Positions 19,526 to 29,755 of a stretch of 64,000 nt of DNA are shown piece by piece. The DNA lies in contig CBDHHL010000032.1 of assembly GCA_965263355.1 (NCBI GenBank), positions 3,616,001-3,680,000 on the forward strand, written 5' to 3'. Position 1 is the stretch's first letter. Every line of letters starts with the position of its first letter. The DNA is from Leptolyngbyaceae cyanobacterium. GTDB taxonomy: Bacteria > Cyanobacteriota > Cyanobacteriia > Phormidesmidales > Phormidesmidaceae. Under the pieces are notes generated by a model. That model made no database searches and was not told the DNA's origin. It worked only from the letters and a program-made list of their open reading frames with translations. The translations under genes and the position numbers were made by a program.

Positions 19526-21862
19526 ATGTCTACGACTGCATCTACCTCAATTCCGTGTTCTGCGGAGGAAATTGCTTCTGAAGGATTAAAACCAGGCGAA
19601 TATGAGGAAATTATTCAGCGTTTAGGGCGTCACCCGAATCGGGCTGAGTTAGGCATGTTTGGTGTGATGTGGTCAGAACACTGCTGTTATAAGAACTCTC
19701 GGCCTTTGCTCAAGCAGTTTCCCACTGAAGGGGCACGTATTCTGGTTGGTCCTGGGGAAAATGCGGGGGTGGTAGATGTTGGAAATGGTCAGCGGCTGGT
19801 CTTTAAAATTGAGTCTCACAATCACCCGTCAGCGGTAGAACCCTTTCAAGGGGCGGCAACTGGGGTAGGCGGGATTTTACGTGACATCTTTACCATGGGG
19901 GCACGGCCCATAGCGGTTTTGAATGCGTTGCGGTTTGGGCCGTTGAATGATGCCAACACGCGACGGATTTTTACTGGTGTGGTCTCAGGAATTTCTCACT
20001 ATGGCAACTGTTTTGGTGTACCGACGGTGGGCGGAGAAATCTATTTTGATCAGGCTTACATGGGTAATCCTTTAGTCAATGCCATGGCCATTGGTCTGAT
20101 GGAAACTGAGGAGATTGTCAAATCTGGTGCCTCGGGCATCGGCAATCCGGTGCTTTATGTTGGGTCTACTACGGGCCGTGATGGGATGGGGGGGGCTAGT
20201 TTTGCCAGTGCTGAGCTAACTGACGAATCAGAGGCTGATCGACCTGCAGTTCAAGTCGGCGATCCATTTCTAGAAAAGTCTTTGGTAGAAGCTTGTTTAG
20301 AGGCCTTTAAGACCGGTGCGGTGGTAGCGGCTCAAGACATGGGAGCTGCCGGGATTACCTGTTCTACTTCTGAGATGGCGGTGAACGGCGGTGTGGGGAT
20401 TGAGTTAGATCTCGATAAAGTACCTGTGCGGGAAACGGGAATGGTGCCCTATGAGTATTTACTGTCCGAATCCCAGGAACGTATGCTTTTTGTTGGGGAA
20501 AAGGGACGAGAACAGACGCTGATAGATATTTTTGAGCGTTGGGGACTCCATGCAGTGGTCGCAGGTGAAGTGATCCAAGCGCCCATTGTGAGGATCTTAT
20601 TTCAAGGTAAGGTAGCCGCTGAAGTTCCGGCCTCTGCTCTAGCAGATAATACGCCGCTGTATCAGCGTGAGGTTTTGGCAGAGCCTCCGGCCTATGCACA
20701 AATGGCCTGGGCTTGGCAAGAGAGTGATTTACCGGATTGTTCTGCTGACGGTATTGAGGGCCAATCTTGGCATAGTGTGATGTTGGCGCTATTGGGTACG
20801 CCGACTATTGCTTCAAAGCAATGGGTGTACCACCAGTATGATCATCAGGTTCAAAACAATACAGTAATGCTTCCAGGAGGAGCTGATGCAGCCATTTTAC
20901 GACTGCGACCCTTGGAAGGGGATGATGGTTCTAGCAGTCATTCGGGCGTCGCGGCAACAACGGATTGTAATCCTCGCTATGTGTATCTTAATCCCTATGA
21001 AGGAGGACTGGCTGCTGTTGCAGAAGCTGCGAGGAATTTAAGCTGTGTAGGGGCAGAGCCGATTGCAGTGACGGATAATTTGAATTTTAGTAGTCCTGAA
21101 AAGCCGGTTGGTTACTGGCAGTTGGCGGAGGCCTGCCGAGGTCTGGCTGATGGCTGTCGTGCCTTTGATACACCAGTTACGGGGGGGAATGTCTCGCTTT
21201 ATAATGAAACCGTTGATAGTGAGGGCAAGCCCCAGCCCATATATCCCACTCCAGTGGTTGGTATGGTCGGTGTGATTGATGACCTGGATAAGATTTGTGG
21301 TCAGAGCTGGCAAAACCCTGGTGACCAAATATACCTCCTAGGTTTATCCCTGGGGGAAAATGCGGATGGTAGAGTGACCCTGGGGGCATCGGAATATTTG
21401 AAGGTTATCCATGGTCAGGTAGCAGGACATCCTCCTAAAGTAGATGTTGAATTAGAGCTAAAGGTGCAAGCTGCTTGTCGTTACGGCATTCGTCAAGGGT
21501 GGATTACGTCAGCCCATGATTGTGCTGAGGGAGGGGTGGCGATCGCACTTGCCGAGTCTGCCATCGGGGGGAATCTAGGCGCGACTATCACTCTGCCCAG
21601 CAATGGGCAACGCTATGACACCCTGCTGTTTGGTGAAGGTGGTGCTCGAATTATTGTCACCGTAGCGCCTAACCATAGACTTATTTGGGAAACGTATTTA
21701 AAGGAGTCCCTGACTCACCAATGGGCGTTAATCGGCACTGTCGCCGATGCCAACGCTCAGCTAACCATCCAAACAGCCGAGAAAGAATGCTTGATCCATT
21801 TGGAAGTTACTGCCATGGCCGACTGCTGGCGTTACGCTATAGAAAGAGCCCTTGTTGATTAA
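19526..21862 (+). CDS. purL: Phosphoribosylformylglycinamidine synthase subunit PurL
   Basis: [25 protein letters not shown] and TGGNVSLYN motifs. Confidence 0.97.
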   Translation: MSTTASTSIPCSAEEIASEGLKPGEYEEIIQRLGRHPNRAELGMFGVMWSEHCCYKNSRPLLKQFPTEGARILVGPGENAGVVDVGNGQRLVFKIESHNHPSAVEPFQGAATGVGGILRDIFTMGARPIAVLNALRFGPLNDANTRRIFTGVVSGISHYGNCFGVPTVGGEIYFDQAYMGNPLVNAMAIGLMETEEIVKSGASGIGNPVLYVGSTTGRDGMGGASFASAELTDESEADRPAVQVGDPFLEKSLVEACLEAFKTGAVVAAQDMGAAGITCSTSEMAVNGGVGIELDLDKVPVRETGMVPYEYLLSESQERMLFVGEKGREQTLIDIFERWGLHAVVAGEVIQAPIVRILFQGKVAAEVPASALADNTPLYQREVLAEPPAYAQMAWAWQESDLPDCSADGIEGQSWHSVMLALLGTPTIASKQWVYHQYDHQVQNNTVMLPGGADAAILRLRPLEGDDGSSSHSGVAATTDCNPRYVYLNPYEGGLAAVAEAARNLSCVGAEPIAVTDNLNFSSPEKPVGYWQLAEACRGLADGCRAFDTPVTGGNVSLYNETVDSEGKPQPIYPTPVVGMVGVIDDLDKICGQSWQNPGDQIYLLGLSLGENADGRVTLGASEYLKVIHGQVAGHPPKVDVELELKVQAACRYGIRQGWITSAHDCAEGGVAIALAESAIGGNLGATITLPSNGQRYDTLLFGEGGARIIVTVAPNHRLIWETYLKESLTHQWALIGTVADANAQLTIQTAEKECLIHLEVTAMADCWRYAIERALVD

Positions 21863-22096
21863 ACACAGAGCTACTTAATCTGATCTTGTCACAAGCTGTC
21901 AACCTGCTTTGGATGCTAGGATCGTATTGATTAAGAAAGTGTTAAGACCTTTGCTTTCTCAAGGCTTCTATTGGGCCCCTAAGCCTGTTAGCGTCTTGAG
22001 AGCATAAGCTGCTTCCTAACAAAATCACAGGTTTAGAGCTAGACAAATTTAAACGCTAGTTGCTTTTTTGCCGTCATTAACGCCAGTGGACTCACG

Positions 22097-23587
22097 ATGC
22101 CTCTTCCCCCTAAGACTTTTGTTCCCGCTTCTGTAGTGGATGTTCACCCCGATAAACCAGAAGAAGCCTGCGGTGTGTTCGCTGTTTTTTCGCCGACAGA
22201 CGATGTCGCTACGTTAACTTACTTTGGTTTGTACGCCTTGCAGCACCGTGGGCAAGAATCGGCTGGTATTGCCACCTTTGATCGGGGTGATATCAATGTC
22301 CACAAAGCTATGGGACTGGTTTCTCAAGTGTTTGACGAAGAGGTACTAGAGCGTCTTCCTGGACAGTGGGCAGTGGGGCATACGCGCTACTCTACTACTG
22401 GCTCGAGTCGTATTGCTAATGCCCAGCCTGCCGTAGTTTCTACTCGCCTCGGGGCAATGGCCTTGGCCCACAATGGCAATGTAGTGAATGCAACCGAGCT
22501 GCGGGAGGAGCTACTTAAACGTGACCATACGTTACTGACTACCACCGACACAGAGCTGATTGCCCTGTTTATGGCAGATGCGGTTAATGATGGTAAAGAT
22601 TGGATGCAAGCGGCAATAGATGCTTGTGAACGTTGTAAAGGAGCCTTTAGTCTGACCATTGCTACCCCTGAAGGGATTTTGGCAATTCGTGATCCCAACG
22701 GTATTAGACCCTTAGTGTTAGGGTACTTTGGTGGAGATGACCCTCAAGATGGCCCAGGTCAATATGCGATCGCATCTGAAACGTGCGGTCTAGATATTGT
22801 CAATGCCCACTATATTCGTGATGTTCAACCTGGAGAGCTGCTCTGGATTAGTGAGCGGGGTATCCACTCATTGCAGTGGGCTCAGCCTCGGCGGCGTCTA
22901 TGCATATTTGAAATGGTTTACTTTGCCAGGCCTGATAGCCTATATCACGGTGAGAGCCTATACAGCTATCGAAAACGACTGGGCAATATCTTGGCACAAG
23001 AAGCCCCAGCTGATGTGGACTTGGTTATGCCAGTGCCCGATTCTGGTATTCCTGCAGCAATTGGCTTTGCCGAAACATCGGGTATCCCCTATGCAGAAGG
23101 GTTGATAAAAAATCGATATGTTGGTCGAACGTTTATTCAGCCGACCCAAATGATGCGGGAAGCGGGTATTCGCATTAAGCTAAATCCCCTTCGCGATGTG
23201 TTGCAGGGTAAGCGAATTTTGCTGGTAGACGATTCCATTGTTCGGGGCACAACTAGCCGCAAAATTGTTAAGGCTTTACGTGATGCAGGAGCTATAGAGG
23301 TACATATGCGGATTTCATCGCCGCCGGTAACCCACCCCTGCTTTTATGGCATTGATACCGATAGCCAAGATCAGCTCATAGCAGCGACTAAATCTGTACA
23401 AGAAATCGAAGCTCAAATTGGTGTAGATACATTGGCCTATCTAAGCTGGCAAGGCATGCTAGATGCTACCCGACAAGATACTGAAACATTCTGCTCTGCT
23501 TGTTTTACTGGAGGCTATCCGGTAGAAATTCCTGAAATGTTCAGGCGTTCTAAACTAATGTTAGAAAAAACGCCAGTTAAGGCTTGA
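22097..23587 (+). CDS. purF: Amidophosphoribosyltransferase
   Basis: Propeptide followed by CGV; LQHRGQESAGI and VDDSIVRGTT motifs. Confidence 0.97.
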   Translation: MPLPPKTFVPASVVDVHPDKPEEACGVFAVFSPTDDVATLTYFGLYALQHRGQESAGIATFDRGDINVHKAMGLVSQVFDEEVLERLPGQWAVGHTRYSTTGSSRIANAQPAVVSTRLGAMALAHNGNVVNATELREELLKRDHTLLTTTDTELIALFMADAVNDGKDWMQAAIDACERCKGAFSLTIATPEGILAIRDPNGIRPLVLGYFGGDDPQDGPGQYAIASETCGLDIVNAHYIRDVQPGELLWISERGIHSLQWAQPRRRLCIFEMVYFARPDSLYHGESLYSYRKRLGNILAQEAPADVDLVMPVPDSGIPAAIGFAETSGIPYAEGLIKNRYVGRTFIQPTQMMREAGIRIKLNPLRDVLQGKRILLVDDSIVRGTTSRKIVKALRDAGAIEVHMRISSPPVTHPCFYGIDTDSQDQLIAATKSVQEIEAQIGVDTLAYLSWQGMLDATRQDTETFCSACFTGGYPVEIPEMFRRSKLMLEKTPVKA

Positions 23588-23766
23588 TAAAAGGTAGATT
23601 TAAGGGAGATATAGGTTTTTGGGCCAGTTAGAGTTGATGAGGATACGTCACTCAACTGGCTTTGATAGCTTTTGAAAGCCTTTCTCTAAAATACTTTCAG
23701 CCTGGTTCAATTATTTGTTGAGATGGCAGGTATAGACATCTATATTAACTTTAATAATTGAGAGGG

Positions 23767-23955
23767 ATGCAACCAGGCGATAGAGTTCAAGTTTTATATC
23801 CCGACTATGCTGCTGGTAAGATGGGAACCATTTTGGAGAAAGAAATGCTCCAAAATGGTTCTGAAACCGGCTATTGGCTAGTTCAAGTCGATAATGATGA
23901 CTGTATGATCCTGGCTTTACTACCGCAAGAAATGAAACGACTGAAGAGCGCTTAA
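23767..23955 (+). CDS. Small hypothetical protein (SH3/KOW-like beta-barrel)
   Basis: ATG preceded by AGAGGG; MQPGDRVQV..G.MGTI..YWLVQVD pattern. Confidence 0.55.
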   Translation: MQPGDRVQVLYPDYAAGKMGTILEKEMLQNGSETGYWLVQVDNDDCMILALLPQEMKRLKSA

Positions 23956-24006
23956 AATGTTCTTGAGATAAAACTGAGTCAAAAGTTTGCCAACTCATTA
24001 GGCAAT

Positions 24007-24038
24007 AAGAAAGGCCCCACATTTGTGGAGCCTTTCTT
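24007..24038. terminator. Bidirectional terminator between the small ORF and the porin
   Basis: AAGAAAGGC.CCAC / GTGG.GCCTTTCTT stem between convergent genes. Confidence 0.75.
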
Positions 24039-24063
24039 GAGTTAAATCGCTAAGCTAAAAAAC

Positions 24064-25452
24064 TTAGAACTTGAAGGTGGAACGAATTACACCATAGAGA
24101 CTGTCGTTATCATCACCATCTAGGTTTCCGTAAACAACAGCAGGAGTTAGAGACCAGTACTTGTTGATCTTAGCGTTGTAGTAAGCTTCGATAACTTCAT
24201 CCTCATCAAAGTCTTGAGCATAGTAAGCACCAAAACCGCCAAAGGCAGCACCAAACTGGAAGCTCTCATCACCATCTTGGTCAGCGAAGTAACCACCAAC
24301 TTCGAATCCACCGAAGTCAAGGCTTAACAGACCTGCGATAATGCCATCAACACCGCCACCACCAACGGCTTCACCATCCATGTAGGTGATAGCTGCATCA
24401 ACTATGCCATCAGTTAGGAAGTTCAACTGAGCAATATACTCAAAGCCATCAAATAGACCAATCTCTGAGTCATTACCGTCAGCAGTTGCATAGCCTAGGT
24501 CAAGGATGATGTTGTCAGTGAAAGCAACGTTGAAGCCAACACCAAAGGAACCACCGCCGATACCTAGCTGATCATAAAAGATAGGGCCACCAGGATCAGC
24601 TACAGAAGGACCATCGAAAGGAACGATAGTGCTAGTTACAAAGTCATCGGAAACAGTGCTGTTAGCGGAGATGATAGCGGAAACACGACTACCGATGGGG
24701 AAGGAGTAGTAAACGTCATCAAGACCAACGTTATCTTCCAGACCGTTACGAGGACCACTTTGGCTAGCTAAGCCACCAAATACACCCCGGAAAGAGCGAC
24801 CATCATCGTCACGATCACTAGCCTGTAGACGAATACGCAAACGGTCTTCACCAGTGAAGCTAGTATCGAAGTTCAAACGAGCACGATACTCAAAAGTAAC
24901 TTCGTCTTCGTCTACGCCACCACCATCGAAGTCTTCAGCTTCGAAAGGAACGATCAGGTGAGCATCCAATTGACCCTTCAACTTAGTAGTTGTAGAGAAC
25001 TGGTTAGCTTCCAGCTCAGCCACGTCAGCTTCTAAAGTGTCAACACGACCACGAATAGTAGCAAGCTCAGCAGCGAACTCTTCCTGCAAGCGACGAATAG
25101 TCTCTAGAGCTTCAGGATCGCCACCATCGATTAGCTGAACGATTACATCTAAACAAGCGTTCAAACCAGCAGCAAACTCGTAGCGAGTCATAGCGCGGTT
25201 GCCGCGGTAAGAGCGATCGGGATAACCCTCAAGACAGCCATACTCCTCTACTAGGCGCTGCAGTGCAGTGTAAGCCCAGTCAGAAGGAAGAACATCGGAT
25301 AGTTCGGAAACACTAGTAACCTGAGCTAGCTGAATGGACTCGGAGTTGCTCAGAGCATCAACACTTACAGTCTCAGCAGCAACACCAGTGCTAGCAAGGA
25401 CAGTTCCCACTAGAAGTGGGCTAGCCGCTAGGGCCTTCCACAAATTAGACAT
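24064..25452 (-). CDS. Cyanobacterial SLH-domain outer-membrane porin (OprB/SomA-like)
   Basis: Signal peptide, SDWAYTALQRLVEEYGC..MTRYEFAAGLNAC SLH domain, NQFSTTTKL and C-terminal Phe; start taken at ATG 25452. Confidence 0.93.
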   Translation of the reverse strand: MSNLWKALAASPLLVGTVLASTGVAAETVSVDALSNSESIQLAQVTSVSELSDVLPSDWAYTALQRLVEEYGCLEGYPDRSYRGNRAMTRYEFAAGLNACLDVIVQLIDGGDPEALETIRRLQEEFAAELATIRGRVDTLEADVAELEANQFSTTTKLKGQLDAHLIVPFEAEDFDGGGVDEDEVTFEYRARLNFDTSFTGEDRLRIRLQASDRDDDGRSFRGVFGGLASQSGPRNGLEDNVGLDDVYYSFPIGSRVSAIISANSTVSDDFVTSTIVPFDGPSVADPGGPIFYDQLGIGGGSFGVGFNVAFTDNIILDLGYATADGNDSEIGLFDGFEYIAQLNFLTDGIVDAAITYMDGEAVGGGGVDGIIAGLLSLDFGGFEVGGYFADQDGDESFQFGAAFGGFGAYYAQDFDEDEVIEAYYNAKINKYWSLTPAVVYGNLDGDDNDSLYGVIRSTFKF

Positions 25453-25462
25453 TATTTTAGTT

Positions 25463-25472
25463 CTCCTCACAC
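25463..25472 (-). promoter_or_regulatory. Putative Yfr1 sRNA target site overlapping the porin RBS
   Basis: mRNA-sense GTGTGAGGAG 10 nt upstream of the ATG, complementary to the Yfr1 motif ACUCCUCACAC. Confidence 0.7.
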
Positions 25473-25706
25473 CTAGGAAGAAAATAGTGACTAGCTGAAT
25501 TGCTAGACCACATTTAATCTTTTTGCCTGAACTGAAGAGCATATTCAAGTTGTTTAGAACAACTTAGCTAGTACTCAGCAATTACTATGGCTAATGCTAG
25601 CAGATCTCTCTATGAAGAGCTAGCAACGTAAGCTACCTTTTAAGCAATTTTTACAAGTAGCTTGCCTAGTGACGGTAACGTGGTTTCTTTGCTTAAAACA
25701 GTTGAG

Positions 25707-26106
25707 TTAGGCCAGTTGAGCGAGTGTCTTTGCGAGGGTTAAATCTTTCTGAGTCAGTCCCCCTGCATCATGGGTGGTCAGACTAATGGTGACTCGATTA
25801 TAGGAAATTGTAATGTCGGGGTGATGACCAGCGGCCTCTGCAGGCGCCACTAATTTATTGACGAATTCAATTGCATCAAGAAAATTCTTAAAGGTCAACA
25901 TGGTTTGGATGGAGCTGCCCTCTATGGCCCAGCCAGGCAGTGAATCGAGCGGCCTCTGCAGGCGCCACTAATTTATTGACGAATTCAATTGCATCAAGAA
26001 AATTCTTAAAGGTCAACATGGTTTGGATGGAGCTGCCCTCTATGGCCCAGCCAGGCAGTGAATCGAGTTGGGACTGGATTTCGGCAGAAGTGAGAAGGTT
26101 TGTCAT
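25707..26106 (-). pseudogene. Pterin-4-alpha-carbinolamine dehydratase frameshifted by an internal 118-bp duplication (possibly an assembly artefact)
   Basis: AEAAGHHPDI..LTTHDAGGLT motif; the two ORF fragments share a duplicated segment. Confidence 0.75.
25830..26065. repeat. Perfect 118-bp tandem duplication
   Basis: 25830-25947 is repeated at 25948-26065. Confidence 0.92.
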
Positions 26107-26239
26107 GAGGCGTAATAAGTAGTGGGCATTAGGAAAGCGGTTTGTAAAGTTTCTACACCCGAAGAAAGTTGTATAGGATGAACAACTTTCTAGCGAAGTG
26201 AACTCGTTATTTCCTAGTGAGGTAAATTCAACCCTCTTT

Positions 26240-26502
26240 AAAAAAACTATCCGCTCCTATCAGGGAAGTGCCTTAGCAACTTCAGAATAGGAGCGGTCTA
26301 GTGGGGTCTTAGGTTGAAACTAGACTGCCGGAAGGAACTCTAGCTCGTCAGTTTCAAATATATTGAAGCTAATTCTAAAGAACAGCCCCGGCACACAGCC
26401 AGCTCACGTCAACCTGAAGACCCATGCATATACAACTACTTTCACTCATGGGCATCACCTCCTTATCCCTAGACGGTTTTAATACCAGGAGCACTTTGTG
26501 CT
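26240..26502 (-). ncRNA. Candidate ~260-nt structured transcript (sRNA or small-protein mRNA)
   Basis: Extended -10 TGcTATAGT (26517-26509); several hairpins; terminal stem CCGCTCCTAT/ATAGGAGCGG followed by a T7 tract. Confidence 0.5.
26375..26449 (-). CDS. Candidate 24-aa small protein MSESSCICMGLQVDVSWLCAGAVL
   Basis: Near-perfect SD AAGGAGGTG 6 nt upstream of the ATG; below the ORF-track cutoff. Confidence 0.5.
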   Translation of the reverse strand: MSESSCICMGLQVDVSWLCAGAVL

Positions 26503-26520
26503 AACTGAACTATAGCACAT

Positions 26521-26557
26521 AAAAAAAGCCCCGATTTTAAGAGTCGGGGCTTTTTTT
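26521..26557 (-). terminator. psbD terminator
   Basis: A7-GCCCCGA..TCGGGGC-T7 hairpin. Confidence 0.9.
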
Positions 26558-26572
26558 ATTGCTGTGTGACCC

Positions 26573-27631
26573 TTATAGAGCGTTACCGCGTGGCAGTACC
26601 TCTTCGGGGAATACAAACTTCTCGTGGGGCTGGTCCTGAGAGGCCATCCACGCACGAATACCTTCGTTCAGCAGAATGTTCTTGGTGTAGAACGTTTCAA
26701 ATTCAGGGTCTTCGGCAGCGCGAGTTTCCTGAGAGACAAAATCGTAGGCCCGTAGGTTCAATGCGAGCCCCACGATACCGACAGCACTCATCCACAGGCC
26801 GGTAACCGGTACAAACAGCATGAAGAAGTGCAACCACCGTTTGTTGGAGAAAGCGATACCGAAAATCTGAGACCAGAAGCGGTTCGCAGTGACCATGGAG
26901 TAGGTTTCTTCGGCCTGTGTGGGTTCAAAGGCGCGGAAAGTGTTCGCCCCTTCCCCATCTTCAAACAGTGTGTTTTCCACAGTGGCCCCGTGAATCGCAC
27001 ACAGGAGTGCCCCACCGAGGACACCAGCGACCCCCATCATGTGGAAGGGGTTGAGGGTCCAGTTGTGGAAGCCCTGCAAGAAGAGCAGGAAGCGGAAGAT
27101 AGCCGCCACGCCAAAGCTGGGTGCAAAGAACCAGCTGGACTGGCCCAAGGGATACATCAAGAACACCGATACGAACACGGCAATCGGAGCCGAGAACGCA
27201 ATGGCATTGTAGGGACGTAGGCCGACCAGACGAGCCACTTCGAACTGACGCAGCATAAAGCCAATCAGCCCGAATGCGCCGTGGAGGGCAACGAAGGTCC
27301 AGAGTCCGCCGATTTGGCACCAGCGAACAAAGTCACCCTGTGCTTCGGGACCCCAAAGCAGGAGTAGGGAGTGACCCATGCTGTCAGCGGGAGAGGAGAC
27401 AGCAACAGTCAGGAAGTTAGCGCCTTCCAGATAGGAGGACGCCAGTCCATGGGTGTACCAGGACGTGACAAAGGTGGTGCCAGTGAGCCAGCCGCCTAGT
27501 GCCAAGAAGGCGCAAGGGAACAGTAGCAAACCGGACCAGCCGACGAAGACAAATCTATCGCGCTTGAGCCAGTCATCGACGACGTCAAAGACGCCCCGAT
27601 CGGCTCCAGCACGGCCCATTGCAATGGTCAT
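26573..27631 (-). CDS. psbD: Photosystem II D2 protein, monocistronic copy (psbD2/psbDII type)
   Basis: [16 protein letters not shown] ... [12 protein letters not shown]; 352 aa from ATG 27631; no psbC downstream. Confidence 0.98.
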   Translation of the reverse strand: MTIAMGRAGADRGVFDVVDDWLKRDRFVFVGWSGLLLFPCAFLALGGWLTGTTFVTSWYTHGLASSYLEGANFLTVAVSSPADSMGHSLLLLWGPEAQGDFVRWCQIGGLWTFVALHGAFGLIGFMLRQFEVARLVGLRPYNAIAFSAPIAVFVSVFLMYPLGQSSWFFAPSFGVAAIFRFLLFLQGFHNWTLNPFHMMGVAGVLGGALLCAIHGATVENTLFEDGEGANTFRAFEPTQAEETYSMVTANRFWSQIFGIAFSNKRWLHFFMLFVPVTGLWMSAVGIVGLALNLRAYDFVSQETRAAEDPEFETFYTKNILLNEGIRAWMASQDQPHEKFVFPEEVLPRGNAL

Positions 27632-27936
27632 CTCAAATCCTCTAGTGATTTTATTTTCTAAATGTAGAGACAAGTATGCTGCTAATCAGGCGATGGAAGG
27701 CATGGAATTAGGTATGTAAAATCCAATATGTAATCCGTATTGCGGAATATTGCCTGACATTAATCGATCGCCTTTAGAACAGAAATTTACTTATCTTTAC
27801 TATTCCTCTCATTTATTATAAGTGGATATTTATTTATGGCTAGTGTCGTTTTGGCAAGTAGTATTTTCTCACGGTATTTATGAGGCATTTTTGACATACT
27901 AGAGACCAGACTTCTCAAATTGATAATTCTTTACGC

Positions 27937-28209
27937 ATGTATATAGTTGAACTTTTGCTGAAGCATACGGCTTTACCTATGTCAGTTCAGAAGAAGACGG
28001 CAGAGGCTGCGAATGAGGCGTACGCTATGGTTTTGAATGCGCTCAAAACTGGTCAGCCCGCAGTCTTAGAGTTAACTTGTGATAAGCAAGAGGGCAAGAC
28101 GCTATCGATTTTGGTGAGTGAATTAGCTGCGGTGCAAGTTTATGAAAAATCGGGTGGAGCTTCTTCGTCTGGTAAGGCGGCTGGATTTTTTGCCATGGCG
28201 AATGATTAG
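27937..28209 (+). CDS. Conserved cyanobacterial hypothetical protein
   Basis: Intact ORF that appears co-transcribed with the ECF ATPase; ELTCDKQ..GFF pattern. Confidence 0.7.
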   Translation: MYIVELLLKHTALPMSVQKKTAEAANEAYAMVLNALKTGQPAVLELTCDKQEGKTLSILVSELAAVQVYEKSGGASSSGKAAGFFAMAND

Positions 28210-28221
28210 GGCTAAAGATTT

Positions 28222-28902
28222 TTGATGATTGCTCCGTCTTGCGCGATCGCAATTGATGATTTGCACTTTAGTTGGGACTCAGGCGCATCGGTGCTCGCTG
28301 GATGTTCATTGCAGGTCCAGCCTGGAGAGTTCTGTATGCTTTTGGGCACCAACGGGAGTGGTAAATCAACTCTACTCAGGTTATTGGCAGGGCTGTTAGA
28401 TGCTCCCCAAGGTTCTATCCATTTGCAAAAACCGGTGGGTTTTGTATTTCAAAATCCAGATCATCAGCTGGTGATGCCCACCGTTGGGGCTGATGTTGCC
28501 TTTGGTCTGGTTGACGAAGAGCTGCCCTATGAAGTAGTGCGTAGGCGAGTTGATGAAGCGTTGACCATGGTTAATTTGCTACATCTGAAGCGTCGCCCTA
28601 TTTATGCCCTAAGCGGTGGACAAAAACAGCGAGTTGCGATCGCAGGGGCCCTTGCTCGACATTGCCGAGTATTGCTATTTGATGAGCCCACAGCCTTGCT
28701 GGATCCAGATAGCCAACTGGAGCTAGTTGTTCAGGTGCGCGATCTGGTCAAACGTCAGGGTATTACAGCCCTGTGGGTAACCCATCGATTAGGGGAATTA
28801 GACTATTGCGATCGCGCCATTTTGTTAGAGCAAGGCCGTGTAGCAACCGAAGGTGACCCTAATCAGGTCAAACAAGCCTTGAAAAATTTGCATTTAGCCT
28901 AA
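28222..28902 (+). CDS. ECF/CbiO-type ABC transporter ATP-binding protein
   Basis: GTNGSGKST, FQNPDHQ, LSGGQKQR and DEPT motifs. Confidence 0.9.
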   Translation: MMIAPSCAIAIDDLHFSWDSGASVLAGCSLQVQPGEFCMLLGTNGSGKSTLLRLLAGLLDAPQGSIHLQKPVGFVFQNPDHQLVMPTVGADVAFGLVDEELPYEVVRRRVDEALTMVNLLHLKRRPIYALSGGQKQRVAIAGALARHCRVLLFDEPTALLDPDSQLELVVQVRDLVKRQGITALWVTHRLGELDYCDRAILLEQGRVATEGDPNQVKQALKNLHLA

Positions 28903-28973
28903 GAAAAATCGTCAGGGATGCTTGTTACGTAGATAGCGAACGCTAAGCTAGAGGAAGCATAGACTGAGCTTAT

Positions 28974-29546
28974 ATGTTATCCAGGCACCCGCAGATGAAA
29001 GGTTCTACCTCCCAGGCAATTTTATTGGTCGATGGGTATAACGTGATTGGTGCCTGGCCTGATTTAAAGGAGCTGCGAGATTTTCAGGGTTTAGAGATCG
29101 CCCGCACTTGTTTGGCAGAGACCTTGGCCAACTACAGTGCTTATCGCGGATTTGAAACATTGCTGGTGTTTGACGCCTATGGTCAGCGTCAAACCCACCG
29201 CATTGAAAAATTTACTCAGCATCTCTCTATCCATTACACCAGTTTTGGGCAAACGGCTGACAGCTACATAGAAATTTCCTGTGCCAAATTTCGTAACGAT
29301 ATTCGTAAATTTGAGCAGCGATTAATTGTGGCTACCTCTGACCGGGCTCAGCAGCTTACCGTTATTGGATATGGTGCCGAATGGATGTCAGCGGCGCAAC
29401 TAAATGCGGACGTAAATCTTTCTGTACAGAAAGTCAAACACCGTCAAACGCCTCAGAAAAAGTCGAAGCAGCGATTTCTTTCCAAATCCTTGAATCCAGA
29501 GATGCAGGCCAAGTTGGCCAACTTGCGTTCTAAACTAATGGATTGA
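28974..29546 (+). CDS. NYN-domain (YacP/Rae1-like) ribonuclease
   Basis: LLVDGYNVIG, VFDA, TADSYIE and VATSD motifs. Confidence 0.9.
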   Translation: MLSRHPQMKGSTSQAILLVDGYNVIGAWPDLKELRDFQGLEIARTCLAETLANYSAYRGFETLLVFDAYGQRQTHRIEKFTQHLSIHYTSFGQTADSYIEISCAKFRNDIRKFEQRLIVATSDRAQQLTVIGYGAEWMSAAQLNADVNLSVQKVKHRQTPQKKSKQRFLSKSLNPEMQAKLANLRSKLMD

Positions 29547-29683
29547 TGAGTCGTGCCTATTTCAATCACTCACCACTTACTGTCTTACGCTGTTTCAGGG
29601 TGGGATATTTGTCTAGGGCAAAATTAATAAAAATCTGCTTGCACAACTGCTACACAATTGCCTATATTAGTAAAGCTGAACAA

Positions 29684-29755
29684 TCCTCAGTAGCTCAGTG
29701 GTAGAGCGGTCGACTGTTAATCGATTGGTCGTAGGTTCGAATCCTACCTGGGGAG
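29684..29755 (+). tRNA. trnN: tRNA-Asn(GTT)
   Basis: Cloverleaf TCCTCAG...CTGGGGA; anticodon GTT at 29716-29718; GGTTCGAATCC T-arm; CCA not encoded. Confidence 0.97.

Noticed and set aside
26566..27719. Overlapping alternative ORFs in psbD, and similar shadow ORFs in purL, ligA, ftsH and lpxD
   Set aside because: They are antisense or out-of-frame by-products of codon bias in conserved genes, with no recognisable motifs.
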